From Collinsella sp. (GTDB lineage: Bacteria; Actinomycetota; Coriobacteriia; Coriobacteriales; Coriobacteriaceae): 64,000 nucleotides of DNA. Location: positions 4,098 through 68,097 of the forward strand of contig JAXJBU010000022.1 of NCBI GenBank assembly GCA_036302865.1, given 5' to 3'. The notes under the pieces are model-generated. The model was not told the origin of the DNA. It saw only the letters and a list, made by a program, of their open reading frames with translations, and ran no database searches. A program made the translations under genes and the position numbers. Below, one piece after another: positions 48,768 to 57,533 of the stretch; position 1 is the stretch's first letter; each line of letters starts with the position of its first letter.

Positions 48768-48899
48768 CGGGCATATATGAGCTGCGGAAATGTGTCCAAA
48801 CAAAGCAATGACCCGCAGCTCGGTTGTCCCCGTCGCGGCGTTAACGGTAGTATGGTCGTACTGTTTATTCCGCACCGCCAACGGAGGGAGTTCCGCGCC

Positions 48900-49772
48900 G
48901 TGAACCGCGATTTCGCCTCATCGCTCATCCAGCTCAACAATACGTTCTATCGCGAGCACTCCGCCTCCTTTTCCGATACGCGCCAGGCTCCTTGGCCCGG
49001 CTGGGTGCGCACCATGGACATAGCGCTCGACCAGCTCGATGTGGCCACCATCGAGCATCCCGTCCGCGTCTTCGATCTTGCCTGCGGCAATATGCGCTTT
49101 GAGAACTTTGCCGCCGGCGGCACGCTGGCTGCCAAGGGCGTCGACGGCGCGAGCCCCTCGGCAGATGCCAACTGCCCCTTCGAGTTCTATGGTGTCGACT
49201 CGTGCCAGGACCTGGCCATCGATGCACGCGGTCACGCCCTGCGCATTCCCAACCTGCACTTCCAGGAACTCGATGTGCTCGACGCTCTCATGAAGCTCAA
49301 CCCCGCCGAGACGCCCGACGCGCTTTTCGACGCCCCGCTCGCCGACATCTCGGTCTGCTTTGGCTTTATGCACCACGTGCCGTCGTGCGAGTACCGCGTA
49401 CGCGTGCTCGACGCCCTGGTGCGCCAGACGCGCCCGGGCGGCATCATCGCCATCAGTTTTTGGGAGTTTATGAACGACGAGCGCATGGCGCGCAAGGCCG
49501 TTCGAGCCGAAGCCCGCGCCGAGCTCACCCCACCGTTTGAGGGTTACGATTCCGCGCAGTTTGAAGCCGGCGACCACCTCATTGGCTGGCAAAACGACCG
49601 CCACGCCTACCGCTATTGCCATCACTTTGACGATCAGCAGATCACCGACCTGGTGCGCGGCGTCCGAACGTTCTACAAGAGCGGCGAGGTCCCCGTGCGC
49701 GAGCTTGAGCGCTTCCATGCCGACGGTCGCAGCGGCGAGCTCAACCGCTATGTGATCCTCAAGCGCCTGTAG
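48900..49772 (+). CDS. Class I SAM methyltransferase with Trm9/ALKBH8-like motifs
   Basis: FYREHSASFSDTRQAPWP, DLACGN, GVDS, FMHHVPS..R..L..RPGG..SFW, YRYCHHF; GGAGGG + GTG start. Confidence 0.75.
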   Translation: MNRDFASSLIQLNNTFYREHSASFSDTRQAPWPGWVRTMDIALDQLDVATIEHPVRVFDLACGNMRFENFAAGGTLAAKGVDGASPSADANCPFEFYGVDSCQDLAIDARGHALRIPNLHFQELDVLDALMKLNPAETPDALFDAPLADISVCFGFMHHVPSCEYRVRVLDALVRQTRPGGIIAISFWEFMNDERMARKAVRAEARAELTPPFEGYDSAQFEAGDHLIGWQNDRHAYRYCHHFDDQQITDLVRGVRTFYKSGEVPVRELERFHADGRSGELNRYVILKRL

Positions 49773-49891
49773 GCATCGACGACTCGCCGCCGAGCCGCGC
49801 CGCATCTTTTGGGTAAGCTATGCCCATCCGTTTTCCAACCCACCGACGGAACGCGCAGCCACGCGTTCCATACGTATGACCAAGGAGCCTC

Positions 49892-50731
49892 ATGGGAGCC
49901 GTCCACGTTCGCACGCCCAAGAACTTTGTGCTCGAGGAGCGCCTGGAGCGCTACGCCGATGCGATTGAGACGAGCCCCGAGGCCTATGCCGGAGATTGGC
50001 GCGAGGCTTGCGCGCCAGTTGGCAGCAAGCCCTTCGAACACCTTCACCTGGATCTTGGCTGCGGCAAGGGAACGTACCTTGTAGAGCGCGCGGCCCACGA
50101 GCCAAACGCCCTCTTTATCGGCATGGACCAGGAGCCCATCTGCATCGCCTATGCCGCGCAGAAAATCTGCGAGCAGGAGCTGTCCAACGCGCTCGTCCTG
50201 CCCCGAGGTGCCGCATCGCTGCCGCAGCTGTTTGCCGCAGGCGAGCTCGATGCCATCACCATCAACTTTCCCACGCCGCAGCCCAAGGCCAAATACGCCA
50301 AAAAACGACTCGTCCATGTCGACCATCTAATGCTCTATCGCCCGCTCCTTTCAGCCGGCGCCACCGTCACGCTGCGCACCGACAGCAAGCCACTGCGCGA
50401 CTACGCCCTAGGACAGTTTGCCGCAGCCGGCTACGACACGCTTTGGGTAAGTGACGACGTGCGCCGCGACCATCCCGAGCATCCCGAGACCGAATATGAA
50501 TGCCGCACGCGCGAGATGGGTGCCGTCGTCTATGGCATTTGCGCCACACCCGGCGCACGGCCCAGCGATGAACAGCTCGCGGCGGGCCGTGCGCAGGAGC
50601 AAAGTCTTGCCTGCTACCTGCCCGAAAACCTCGATGAGCTCGCCTATGTACCCCTGGGCATGGAAGAGGCCGTTGAGAACTTTAAAAACCGCGCCCGCAA
50701 GGGCAAAAAGCGCCTGCCTCAGGAACGCTAG
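49892..50731 (+). CDS. trmB: tRNA (guanine-N7)-methyltransferase TrmB family
   Basis: LDLGCGKG, NFPTPQPK..KKRL, RTD, ETEYE. Confidence 0.75.
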   Translation: MGAVHVRTPKNFVLEERLERYADAIETSPEAYAGDWREACAPVGSKPFEHLHLDLGCGKGTYLVERAAHEPNALFIGMDQEPICIAYAAQKICEQELSNALVLPRGAASLPQLFAAGELDAITINFPTPQPKAKYAKKRLVHVDHLMLYRPLLSAGATVTLRTDSKPLRDYALGQFAAAGYDTLWVSDDVRRDHPEHPETEYECRTREMGAVVYGICATPGARPSDEQLAAGRAQEQSLACYLPENLDELAYVPLGMEEAVENFKNRARKGKKRLPQER

Positions 50732-50830
50732 TACCGCGCGCCCATTTCCTGCATTTTCTCGCGCGCTGGCACCCCGCGCCGCCGCTACGCCATAATAGTT
50801 GGCGGACAAACGGCGAGAGAAAGCAACCAC

Positions 50831-53512
50831 ATGGCACAGACCACGACAGATACCGCCGCCAGCACCGTCTCCGGCGCCGGCGCCGCCAGCTCATTCTCGG
50901 GCGGCACGGGAACCGAAGCCGAGTTCGGCTCGCTCGGCGCGCTCTCCCCCACCTGGTGGGAGCCCGAGGACGGCAGCGAGCCCGAACCATGGCTCACGCC
51001 CGATCAGGCCTTTGAGCGCTTCTTTGAATGGACGAGCGATCGCGGCATTGAGCTGTGGGATCACCAAGAAGAGGCTCTCATGGACCTGGCCGCCGGAGAT
51101 CACGTCATTTTGGGCACGCCGACCGGATCGGGTAAATCGCTCGTCGCGCTGGGCATGCTCTTTATGGGCATGGCACAGGGCAAGCGCTGTTATTACACGG
51201 CCCCTATCAAGGCCCTGGTCAGCGAAAAGTTCTTCGATCTGGTACAGGTGCTCGGCCGCGATAACGTCGGTATGATCACAGGCGACACGCATATCAACAC
51301 CAAGGCGCCCGTCATCTGCTGCACGGCCGAGATCCTTGCCAACGACGCACTGCGTGAGGGCGAAGATGCCGATGTTGGCTGCGTCGCCATGGACGAATTC
51401 CACTACTTTGCCGACCCCGATCGCGGTTGGGCCTGGCAGGTGCCGCTGCTCACCCTGCCCCACACACAATTCATGCTCATGAGCGCCACGCTCGGCGATG
51501 TCACTGCCATCGCCGCCTCGCTCGAGGAGCACACCGGCGCTGCTTGCGACTTGGTTGTCGACGCCCCGCGTCCCGTTCCGCTGAGCTACGACTATGTGAC
51601 GACCTCCCTCGAGGGCACGGTCGAGCTCGCCATGCGCCGCGGCGAGGCCCCGCTCTATATCGTGCACTTTAGCCAGGATGCCGCCCTTGCGACGGCGCAG
51701 TCGCTCGCCAATTTTGGCATCGCCAGCAAGGAGCAGCGCGAGGCCATTAAGGAAGCCGCCAAGGGCACGAGCTTCTCCACGGCCTTTGGCAAGATTCTCA
51801 AGCGCTTGCTCGGATGCGGCGTCGGCGTGCACCATGCTGGCATGTTGCCGCGCTATCGCCTGCTGGTCGAGCGTTTGGCGCAGCAGGGTCTGCTGCCCGT
51901 CATCTGCGGTACCGATACGCTCGGCGTCGGCATCAACGTACCCATCCACACCGTGGTGCTCACCGCGCTCACCAAGTTTGACGGCTACAAGATGCGTCGT
52001 CTGCGCGCCCGCGAGTTCCATCAGATTGCCGGTCGCGCCGGCCGCTCGGGCTTCGATACCGAGGGCACGGTGATTGCCGAGGCGCCCGAGCACGAGATCG
52101 AGAATGCCAAGCTTATGGCCAAGGCGGGCGACGACCCCAAAAAGCTCCGCAAGATTAAAAAGAAAAAGGCCCCCGAGGGCTTTGTCTCCTGGAACAAGCA
52201 GACCTTTGAGCGCCTGATCGAGACGCAGCCCGAGACACTCAAGCCGCGCCTGCGCATCACGCACTCCATGGTGATTAGCGTGGTCGAGCAGGGCGGCGAT
52301 GCCCGTGCCCGCGTGCACGACCTCATCGAGACAAGCCTGCAAACGCCCGAGGAAAAGGCAAAGCTCGAGGTTCGTGCCGACGAGATCTTCGCCACGCTCA
52401 TCGACTCCGGCGTCGTCGTGCGCACCGAGGTGCCGCCCGCACCCGATGCTCCGGCTGACACCGTGCCGGACATCGACTATGCGCTGACGGTCGACCTGCC
52501 CGAGGACTTTGCGCTCGACCAGCCGCTCTCGCCGTTTTTTTTTGCCGCGCTGGAGTTGCTCGATCCCGAGAGCGAGACCTATACCATGGACCTCATCTCG
52601 ATGGTCGAGGCTACGCTCGAGGACCCCAAGCAGGTATTGCGCGCACAGGAGCGCGCCGCACGCGATCGCGCTATGGCCGAGATGAAGGCCGACGGCATCG
52701 AATATGAGGAGCGCTTGGAGCGCATTCAAGACGTCACGTACGAAAAGCCGCTCGAGGATTTGCTCGACGCCGCCTTTGACAAGTACTGCCAGGAAGTACC
52801 CTGGGCAAACGACTACCAGCTCTCTCCCAAGAGCGTCCTGCGCGATATGCTGGAAAGCGCGAGCGATTTTAAGGGCTACATTCAAAAGCTCGGCATCGCC
52901 CGCTCCGAGGGCATTTTGCTGCGCTACCTGGCAGAAGCCTATCGTTCACTCGACCGCACCGTGCCCATCGAGAAGCGCGACGAGCGCCTGCGCGACATTA
53001 TCTCGTGGCTGGGCTTTGTGGTGCGCTCGGTCGACTCGAGTCTGGTGGACGAGTGGGAGAACGCCGGCAACCCGGCAGCCCTCGACGCCGCGCCGCCGCA
53101 GGGCATCGACGAGGTCGTGGCGGACCGCCGCGGCTGCACGCTGTTGGTGCGCAACGCGCTCTTCCGCCGCGTGACCCTTGCCGCCCGCGAGCACGTGCGC
53201 GACCTGGGCGAGCTCGACGACGACTGGGGCATGAGCGAGATCAGCTGGCAAAAGGCGCTCGATGCCTACCATGATCAGCACGAGGAAATCCTCACCGACG
53301 GAGACGCCCGCAGCGCCGCGATGTTTTCCATCGATGAGTCCGACGAGAAGACGCTGCACGTATGGCACGTGCACCAGATTTTTGCCGACGAGGACGGCGA
53401 CCACGATTTTGGCATCATGGGCGATGTCGATCTGGACGCCACACAAGACGGCGGCGAGGTCATTTTCAAAAACTACCGCGTCGGCTTTATCGAGGACCTG
53501 CTCGAGGACTAG
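50831..53512 (+). CDS. Ski2/HelY-like DEAD/DEAH helicase with DUF3516 C-terminus
   Basis: TPTGSGKS, PIKALVSEKF, DEFH, MSAT, HHAGMLP, QIAGRAGR, VDSSLVDEWE. Confidence 0.88.
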   Translation: MAQTTTDTAASTVSGAGAASSFSGGTGTEAEFGSLGALSPTWWEPEDGSEPEPWLTPDQAFERFFEWTSDRGIELWDHQEEALMDLAAGDHVILGTPTGSGKSLVALGMLFMGMAQGKRCYYTAPIKALVSEKFFDLVQVLGRDNVGMITGDTHINTKAPVICCTAEILANDALREGEDADVGCVAMDEFHYFADPDRGWAWQVPLLTLPHTQFMLMSATLGDVTAIAASLEEHTGAACDLVVDAPRPVPLSYDYVTTSLEGTVELAMRRGEAPLYIVHFSQDAALATAQSLANFGIASKEQREAIKEAAKGTSFSTAFGKILKRLLGCGVGVHHAGMLPRYRLLVERLAQQGLLPVICGTDTLGVGINVPIHTVVLTALTKFDGYKMRRLRAREFHQIAGRAGRSGFDTEGTVIAEAPEHEIENAKLMAKAGDDPKKLRKIKKKKAPEGFVSWNKQTFERLIETQPETLKPRLRITHSMVISVVEQGGDARARVHDLIETSLQTPEEKAKLEVRADEIFATLIDSGVVVRTEVPPAPDAPADTVPDIDYALTVDLPEDFALDQPLSPFFFAALELLDPESETYTMDLISMVEATLEDPKQVLRAQERAARDRAMAEMKADGIEYEERLERIQDVTYEKPLEDLLDAAFDKYCQEVPWANDYQLSPKSVLRDMLESASDFKGYIQKLGIARSEGILLRYLAEAYRSLDRTVPIEKRDERLRDIISWLGFVVRSVDSSLVDEWENAGNPAALDAAPPQGIDEVVADRRGCTLLVRNALFRRVTLAAREHVRDLGELDDDWGMSEISWQKALDAYHDQHEEILTDGDARSAAMFSIDESDEKTLHVWHVHQIFADEDGDHDFGIMGDVDLDATQDGGEVIFKNYRVGFIEDLLED

Positions 53513-53533
53513 CCGAACAGAATGGGACGAAAC

Positions 53534-53574
53534 GAAGCGGGGCCGCTGGCAACATCGCCAGCGGCCCCGCTTTT
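53534..53574. terminator. Bidirectional terminator between convergent genes
   Basis: aagcggggccgctggc-aacatc-gccagcggccccgctttt. Confidence 0.85.
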
Positions 53575-53591
53575 GCACTATCCGCTATACC

Positions 53592-55349
53592 CTATTCGGC
53601 ATCCTCGACCTCATACGAATCCGCCTCGGCTGGCGCATCGCTTGTCTCCGGCGCAGCCTCGCGCGCCTCGTCAAACGCCGCCTTCATGGTCTTGTTGCCC
53701 CACGTGAGCTTGCGAATGGTAAGATCGTCGGCCTTCTTGTTGGCTAGGCGCAGATTGTTCTCGGAGGACAGCAACGCCTCCTTGGTTTTCTGCAGATGGC
53801 TAATCGTCTTGTCGATCTCATCGATTGCCGTTTGGAACTTGCGGCTCGCGATCTCGTAGTTGCGGCCGAAATCGTTCTTGAACTTCTCCATCTTGGCTTC
53901 GAAGTTCGTGACATCGATATTCTGCTGCTTGTACTCCGCCAGCTCCTGCTTATAGCGAAGCGAACCCATGGCGGCATTGCGCAGCAGCGTAATGATGGGA
54001 ATGAAGAACTGCGGGCGGATCACATACATCTTCTCGAAGCGATAGCTCACGTCCACGATTCCCGCGTTGTAAAGCTCGCTCTCGGGCTCGAGCAGCGTGC
54101 AGAGCACCGCGTACTCACAGCCTTTCTGGCGACGATCGTGGTCGAGTTTCTTAAAGAAATCCTCGTTTTTATGCTTGGTCGCGGTTTCGTCGTTCTCGTT
54201 TTTCATCTCGAACATAATCGAAATGACCTCGTTGCCGCTCGCGTCGCACTCGCGGAAGATAAAGTCGCCCTTGGTACCCTCGGACGCATCGTTATCCTTC
54301 TCGAAGTACGCGTTGGGAAATGCCGTCATGCGCAAACGGTTAAACTCGGTCTCGCAGTGCTGCTCGAGCGACTCGCCCACCATCTTGGTGGACAGGCGAA
54401 CCTTCATGTCCTTAAGACGCTCGATCTCTTCATCCTTGTAGCGAATCAGGTCATCGCTCGCGCGCTTGGCCTGCGCAAGCTCGAGCTCATGTGCCGCCTT
54501 GGCCTGCTCTTCGCGCGAATCGCGCACCGCCAGCTCGCTCGTCAGTTTGGCACGCGCCTCATCGCGCTCTCGCTCCGCCGCGGCAACCGCCTCAGACAGG
54601 CTCATTTTTGCCATCAGCTCCTGCTCGCGCAGCTGCGCACGCAGACCCTCGGCCTCCTGCTCAGACTGAGCCTTTGCGGCAGAAAACTTCTCCTGCACCT
54701 TCGCTTGATAGTCAGCAAGCGTGCGCTCGGCCTCGTTGTGAGCGGCATCGAGCTCACGCTGCGACTCGGCCGCGGCAGCGGCAAGCGCCATCTCCCGTGC
54801 CTTGTCCGCCGCGGCAAGCCTGGCCTGCAGCTCGGCAATCTGGGCATCACGTGCGGCTAAATCGTTTTGAGCAGCATTGCGCGCCGAAGCCTCGGCAAGC
54901 TTGGCTTCATCATCCTTGCGCCCCAGCTGCGCACGCAAGTTGTCGATTTCGCGCTGGAGCTCGGCGTTCTCTTTCTGAGCGTCGGCACGGGCCTCAACCG
55001 CCGCGCGCTGGCTTGCACTCTCGCGCTCTGCGGCAGCGCCCTCGAGCTTGGCACGCAATTCGGCAAGCTCGGCATCACGCTTGGCAACCTCTTGTGCCAG
55101 CTCCTGAGCCGCGGCGTTTTTCTGCTCGGCAAGTTGAGCGCTACGCTGAGACTCCACCTCCTGCAGGGCGACCGTCGAACGAGAGCGCTCAAGCTCCAAC
55201 GCCTGCTCCCCCTCACGCTGGACGGCCTTTACACGCTCATCAAGATCGCGCGAGAACTCGGCATCGCGCACCTGCTTGACGATATCCGCATAACCGGACG
55301 CATCGACCTTAAAAACTTCGCCGCAATGCGGGCACTTGATCTCGTTCAT
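53592..55349 (-). CDS. DUF2130 coiled-coil protein
   Basis: IKCPHCG, long coiled coil, [35 protein letters not shown]. Confidence 0.85.
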   Translation of the reverse strand: MNEIKCPHCGEVFKVDASGYADIVKQVRDAEFSRDLDERVKAVQREGEQALELERSRSTVALQEVESQRSAQLAEQKNAAAQELAQEVAKRDAELAELRAKLEGAAAERESASQRAAVEARADAQKENAELQREIDNLRAQLGRKDDEAKLAEASARNAAQNDLAARDAQIAELQARLAAADKAREMALAAAAAESQRELDAAHNEAERTLADYQAKVQEKFSAAKAQSEQEAEGLRAQLREQELMAKMSLSEAVAAAERERDEARAKLTSELAVRDSREEQAKAAHELELAQAKRASDDLIRYKDEEIERLKDMKVRLSTKMVGESLEQHCETEFNRLRMTAFPNAYFEKDNDASEGTKGDFIFRECDASGNEVISIMFEMKNENDETATKHKNEDFFKKLDHDRRQKGCEYAVLCTLLEPESELYNAGIVDVSYRFEKMYVIRPQFFIPIITLLRNAAMGSLRYKQELAEYKQQNIDVTNFEAKMEKFKNDFGRNYEIASRKFQTAIDEIDKTISHLQKTKEALLSSENNLRLANKKADDLTIRKLTWGNKTMKAAFDEAREAAPETSDAPAEADSYEVEDAE

Positions 55350-55446
55350 AGCAGCTCCTCGATGGACGCAAATTTCAACCTTCTACACTCTACCGCGCCA
55401 CGCGGACAAATAAGGCGCCGCAGCCATAATGGCAACGGCGCCAGAT

Positions 55447-55485
55447 CCACCGCGAGGGTGCCTATCCCCTTTGTGGTGGCTTGGG
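55447..55485. repeat. REP-like hairpin, copy A
   Basis: ccaccgcgagggtgcctatcccctttgtggtggcttggg; close match to 56277-56316. Confidence 0.6.
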
Positions 55486-55488
55486 TCC

Positions 55489-56253
55489 TTACAGGTCGCG
55501 GTAGTCGATCAGGCGAAGATCAGGTTGAGACTCAAGCCAAGCGCGAAGCTCGGGGTCGATCAGCGCATCGACTTCCTTGGTGCGATCGGTCGTAAGCGAG
55601 CTGTTCTCCAAGATAAAACGATCGAGATAGCCCGGATGGCACACAAAGACGACCGTCTCGCCGTCCGCCATCTCGCGAACCGTCTGCATAATCGAATCCT
55701 TGGGTTCGTAGCCCGGCTCCATCGAGTGCATCACCATGCGCAGGTCGGTGGCACCGCATCGCACAACCGCCGTGGGGTCGAAGCTCGCCTTCTGTTCCTT
55801 AAGGCCCAGTTCCTGAGCAACCGCCGAGATCGCTCGGTTAAGGTTTTTGCTCATGACGGCATGGGCCTCAAAGTAATCGGGTTCGCGGCCCACAATCTCT
55901 ACAAAGCGATCATGCTGCGCGCGGATCTCGATGCAGGCCTCATCAAAGTCGATCAGTTCTTCGCCGCGCTTAAAATGCTCGCGGAAGGTACGGCTGCTAT
56001 GGAACTCACCGCTCTCGTTGAGCATACTCGGAATGAGCTCCGGGTCGGCACACGGCTTGCCCAGGCACACGTTGGTATGCTGGCCCACCGCAATGCCGGC
56101 GTCCACCACGAGCGACCAGCCACGCTCGGCCTCGGGCATATTGGGCATCAAGCCCGCCGAGCGCACCAGACCCTCATTGATGCTGCGGGCAATCCCCAGG
56201 TTAACGGCATACGAATAACCGATATCGTCGGCACGAATGAGCAATTGCTTCAT
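55489..56253 (-). CDS. ChbG/YdjC family carbohydrate deacetylase
   Basis: IRADDIG, GQHTN, EAH, CHPGY. Confidence 0.88.
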   Translation of the reverse strand: MKQLLIRADDIGYSYAVNLGIARSINEGLVRSAGLMPNMPEAERGWSLVVDAGIAVGQHTNVCLGKPCADPELIPSMLNESGEFHSSRTFREHFKRGEELIDFDEACIEIRAQHDRFVEIVGREPDYFEAHAVMSKNLNRAISAVAQELGLKEQKASFDPTAVVRCGATDLRMVMHSMEPGYEPKDSIMQTVREMADGETVVFVCHPGYLDRFILENSSLTTDRTKEVDALIDPELRAWLESQPDLRLIDYRDL

Positions 56254-56276
56254 AGCGACTCCAATCTATGCAAGGA

Positions 56277-56316
56277 CCACCACAAAAGGTGCCTGTCCCC
56301 TTTGTGATGGTTTGAG
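56277..56316. repeat. REP-like hairpin, copy B
   Basis: ccaccacaaaaggtgcctgtcccctttgtgatggtttgag. Confidence 0.6.
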
Positions 56317-56318
56317 GG

Positions 56319-56879
56319 CTATAGTCCAAAGAAGCCGAGAATCTGGTCGCGGCTTACGGGCTTGTAGTTGTTGGCATCGAGGCCAACGTCGTAGCGAAAG
56401 ATAGGGCGCTCGCGATCGCGGTTGCGCGCATTGGTGCGGTCTCCCCTGCTGTGGATGTGCCCATGAAGCATAATGGCGCCGCGCGCCTTGCCATTCCAGC
56501 TGAGCATGGGGTAATGGCTCATTACCAGGCGATGGCCTTTAGCGTAACCGGGGGCGACCTCCAGATAATCGCGCACCTCATCCCAAATGTGCGGCGCGTC
56601 CGGATCTTCCCAATCGCCATCATGGTTACCACGGATGAGCGTCACGTTCTGGCATTCGATGCGCTCGCGCAGGCGCACTGCCTCCGCCATGGGCAAGCGA
56701 TAGGTAAAGTCTCCCAAGATATAGAGGCGGTCGTCCACAGCCACGCACTCATTGATGGCATCGATGACCTTGCGGTTCATCTCCTCGACCGAATCAAACG
56801 GTCGATCCATGTCGCGCAAGATATTCGTATCGCCCAGGTGCAGGTCGGCGGTAAACCACATCATCGTCTCTGTCCTCAT
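56319..56879 (-). CDS. Calcineurin-like metallophosphoesterase
   Basis: ADLHLG, LGDF, RGNHD, SHYP, HGHIH, DVGLD. Confidence 0.88.
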   Translation of the reverse strand: MRTETMMWFTADLHLGDTNILRDMDRPFDSVEEMNRKVIDAINECVAVDDRLYILGDFTYRLPMAEAVRLRERIECQNVTLIRGNHDGDWEDPDAPHIWDEVRDYLEVAPGYAKGHRLVMSHYPMLSWNGKARGAIMLHGHIHSRGDRTNARNRDRERPIFRYDVGLDANNYKPVSRDQILGFFGL

Positions 56880-56930
56880 TTCGCAACGCGTATAAGACCT
56901 GTTTAGTATACAGACGCGGCGATGCGACGG

Positions 56931-57122
56931 TTACCCAAAGAGCCCGCCGAACAGACCTCGGCGGCGCTTGTCCTGCTTTTTCGAAGCGTCATCCCGCGCC
57001 TTCTTGCCCTGCCGCTTCTTACGGTCCTGCTCCAACTCATCGTCATCGAGTAGCATATCCCACTCAAACGGATCGTCTGTCAGATCGAACAGGTCATCGT
57101 CATCAAACACGTGCGCCTCCAT
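56931..57122 (-). CDS. Small charged hypothetical protein
   Basis: Acidic N-half, basic C-half, ends RRRGLFGGLFG; alternative GTG start after GGAGG. Confidence 0.5.
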   Translation of the reverse strand: MEAHVFDDDDLFDLTDDPFEWDMLLDDDELEQDRKKRQGKKARDDASKKQDKRRRGLFGGLFG

Positions 57123-57221
57123 TACCGATTAGCGAGCATCCACAACATAGTTGAGAAGTCTACGGGCCCGTGCGGACACAAATTCATCCCGTCCGCGTCT
57201 TTCAATCGCTTGCCGCAACGC

Positions 57222-57250
57222 TTGCGCGGCGGAACGCTTACAGCTAAGAT
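57222..57250 (+). promoter_or_regulatory. Sigma70-type promoter for antisense sRNA
   Basis: TTGCGC (57222-57227), 17 bp spacer, TAAGAT (57245-57250); no credible ORF downstream. Confidence 0.55.
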
Positions 57251-57254
57251 AGGG

Positions 57255-57353
57255 ACACGGATGGCACCCGTGGCTGCGGGTCTTGCCAACTCCGATACAC
57301 GTTTTCATCGTGAGAAGTGGCCGTCTTCGCTTACGCGGGGGCGGCTATTTCAT
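57255..57353 (+). ncRNA. Putative type I antitoxin antisense RNA (~100 nt)
   Basis: Promoter upstream; internal stem acccg/cgggt; terminator tggccgtcttcgc-ttac-gcgggggcggcta-tttcatt overlapping the toxin stop codon. Confidence 0.55.
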
Positions 57354-57428
57354 TCGGCCGATAAACAGGCCGAGTTCGATAGCCGCGATCAACAACGCCA
57401 ATAACGAAATAACATCGCTTACGTTCAT
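57345..57428 (-). CDS. Putative type I toxin peptide, 27 aa: MNVSDVISLLALLIAAIELGLFIGRMK
   Basis: Manual translation (below ORF-track cutoff); single TM helix plus basic tail; AAGGGA RBS inside a hairpin. Confidence 0.7.
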   Translation of the reverse strand: MNVSDVISLLALLIAAIELGLFIGRMK

Positions 57429-57490
57429 ACCAAATCCCTTCTAAAGGGAGTTGGCCCATCCGTGCTCCATAGCAGTAGTCTAACGCAAAA

Positions 57491-57526
57491 TGCGGGCAAT
57501 AGGAACATCTGTTCGTATTGCCCGCA
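57491..57526. terminator. ALDH terminator hairpin containing a LexA-like box
   Basis: tgcgggcaata-ggaacatctgttcg-tattgcccgca; GAAC-N4-GTTC at 57503-57514. Confidence 0.65.
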
Positions 57527-57533
57527 CCCTTTT

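Noticed and set aside
57111..57404. 97-aa plus-strand ORF
   Set aside because: No RBS or motifs; it overlaps the better-supported antisense RNA and toxin features.
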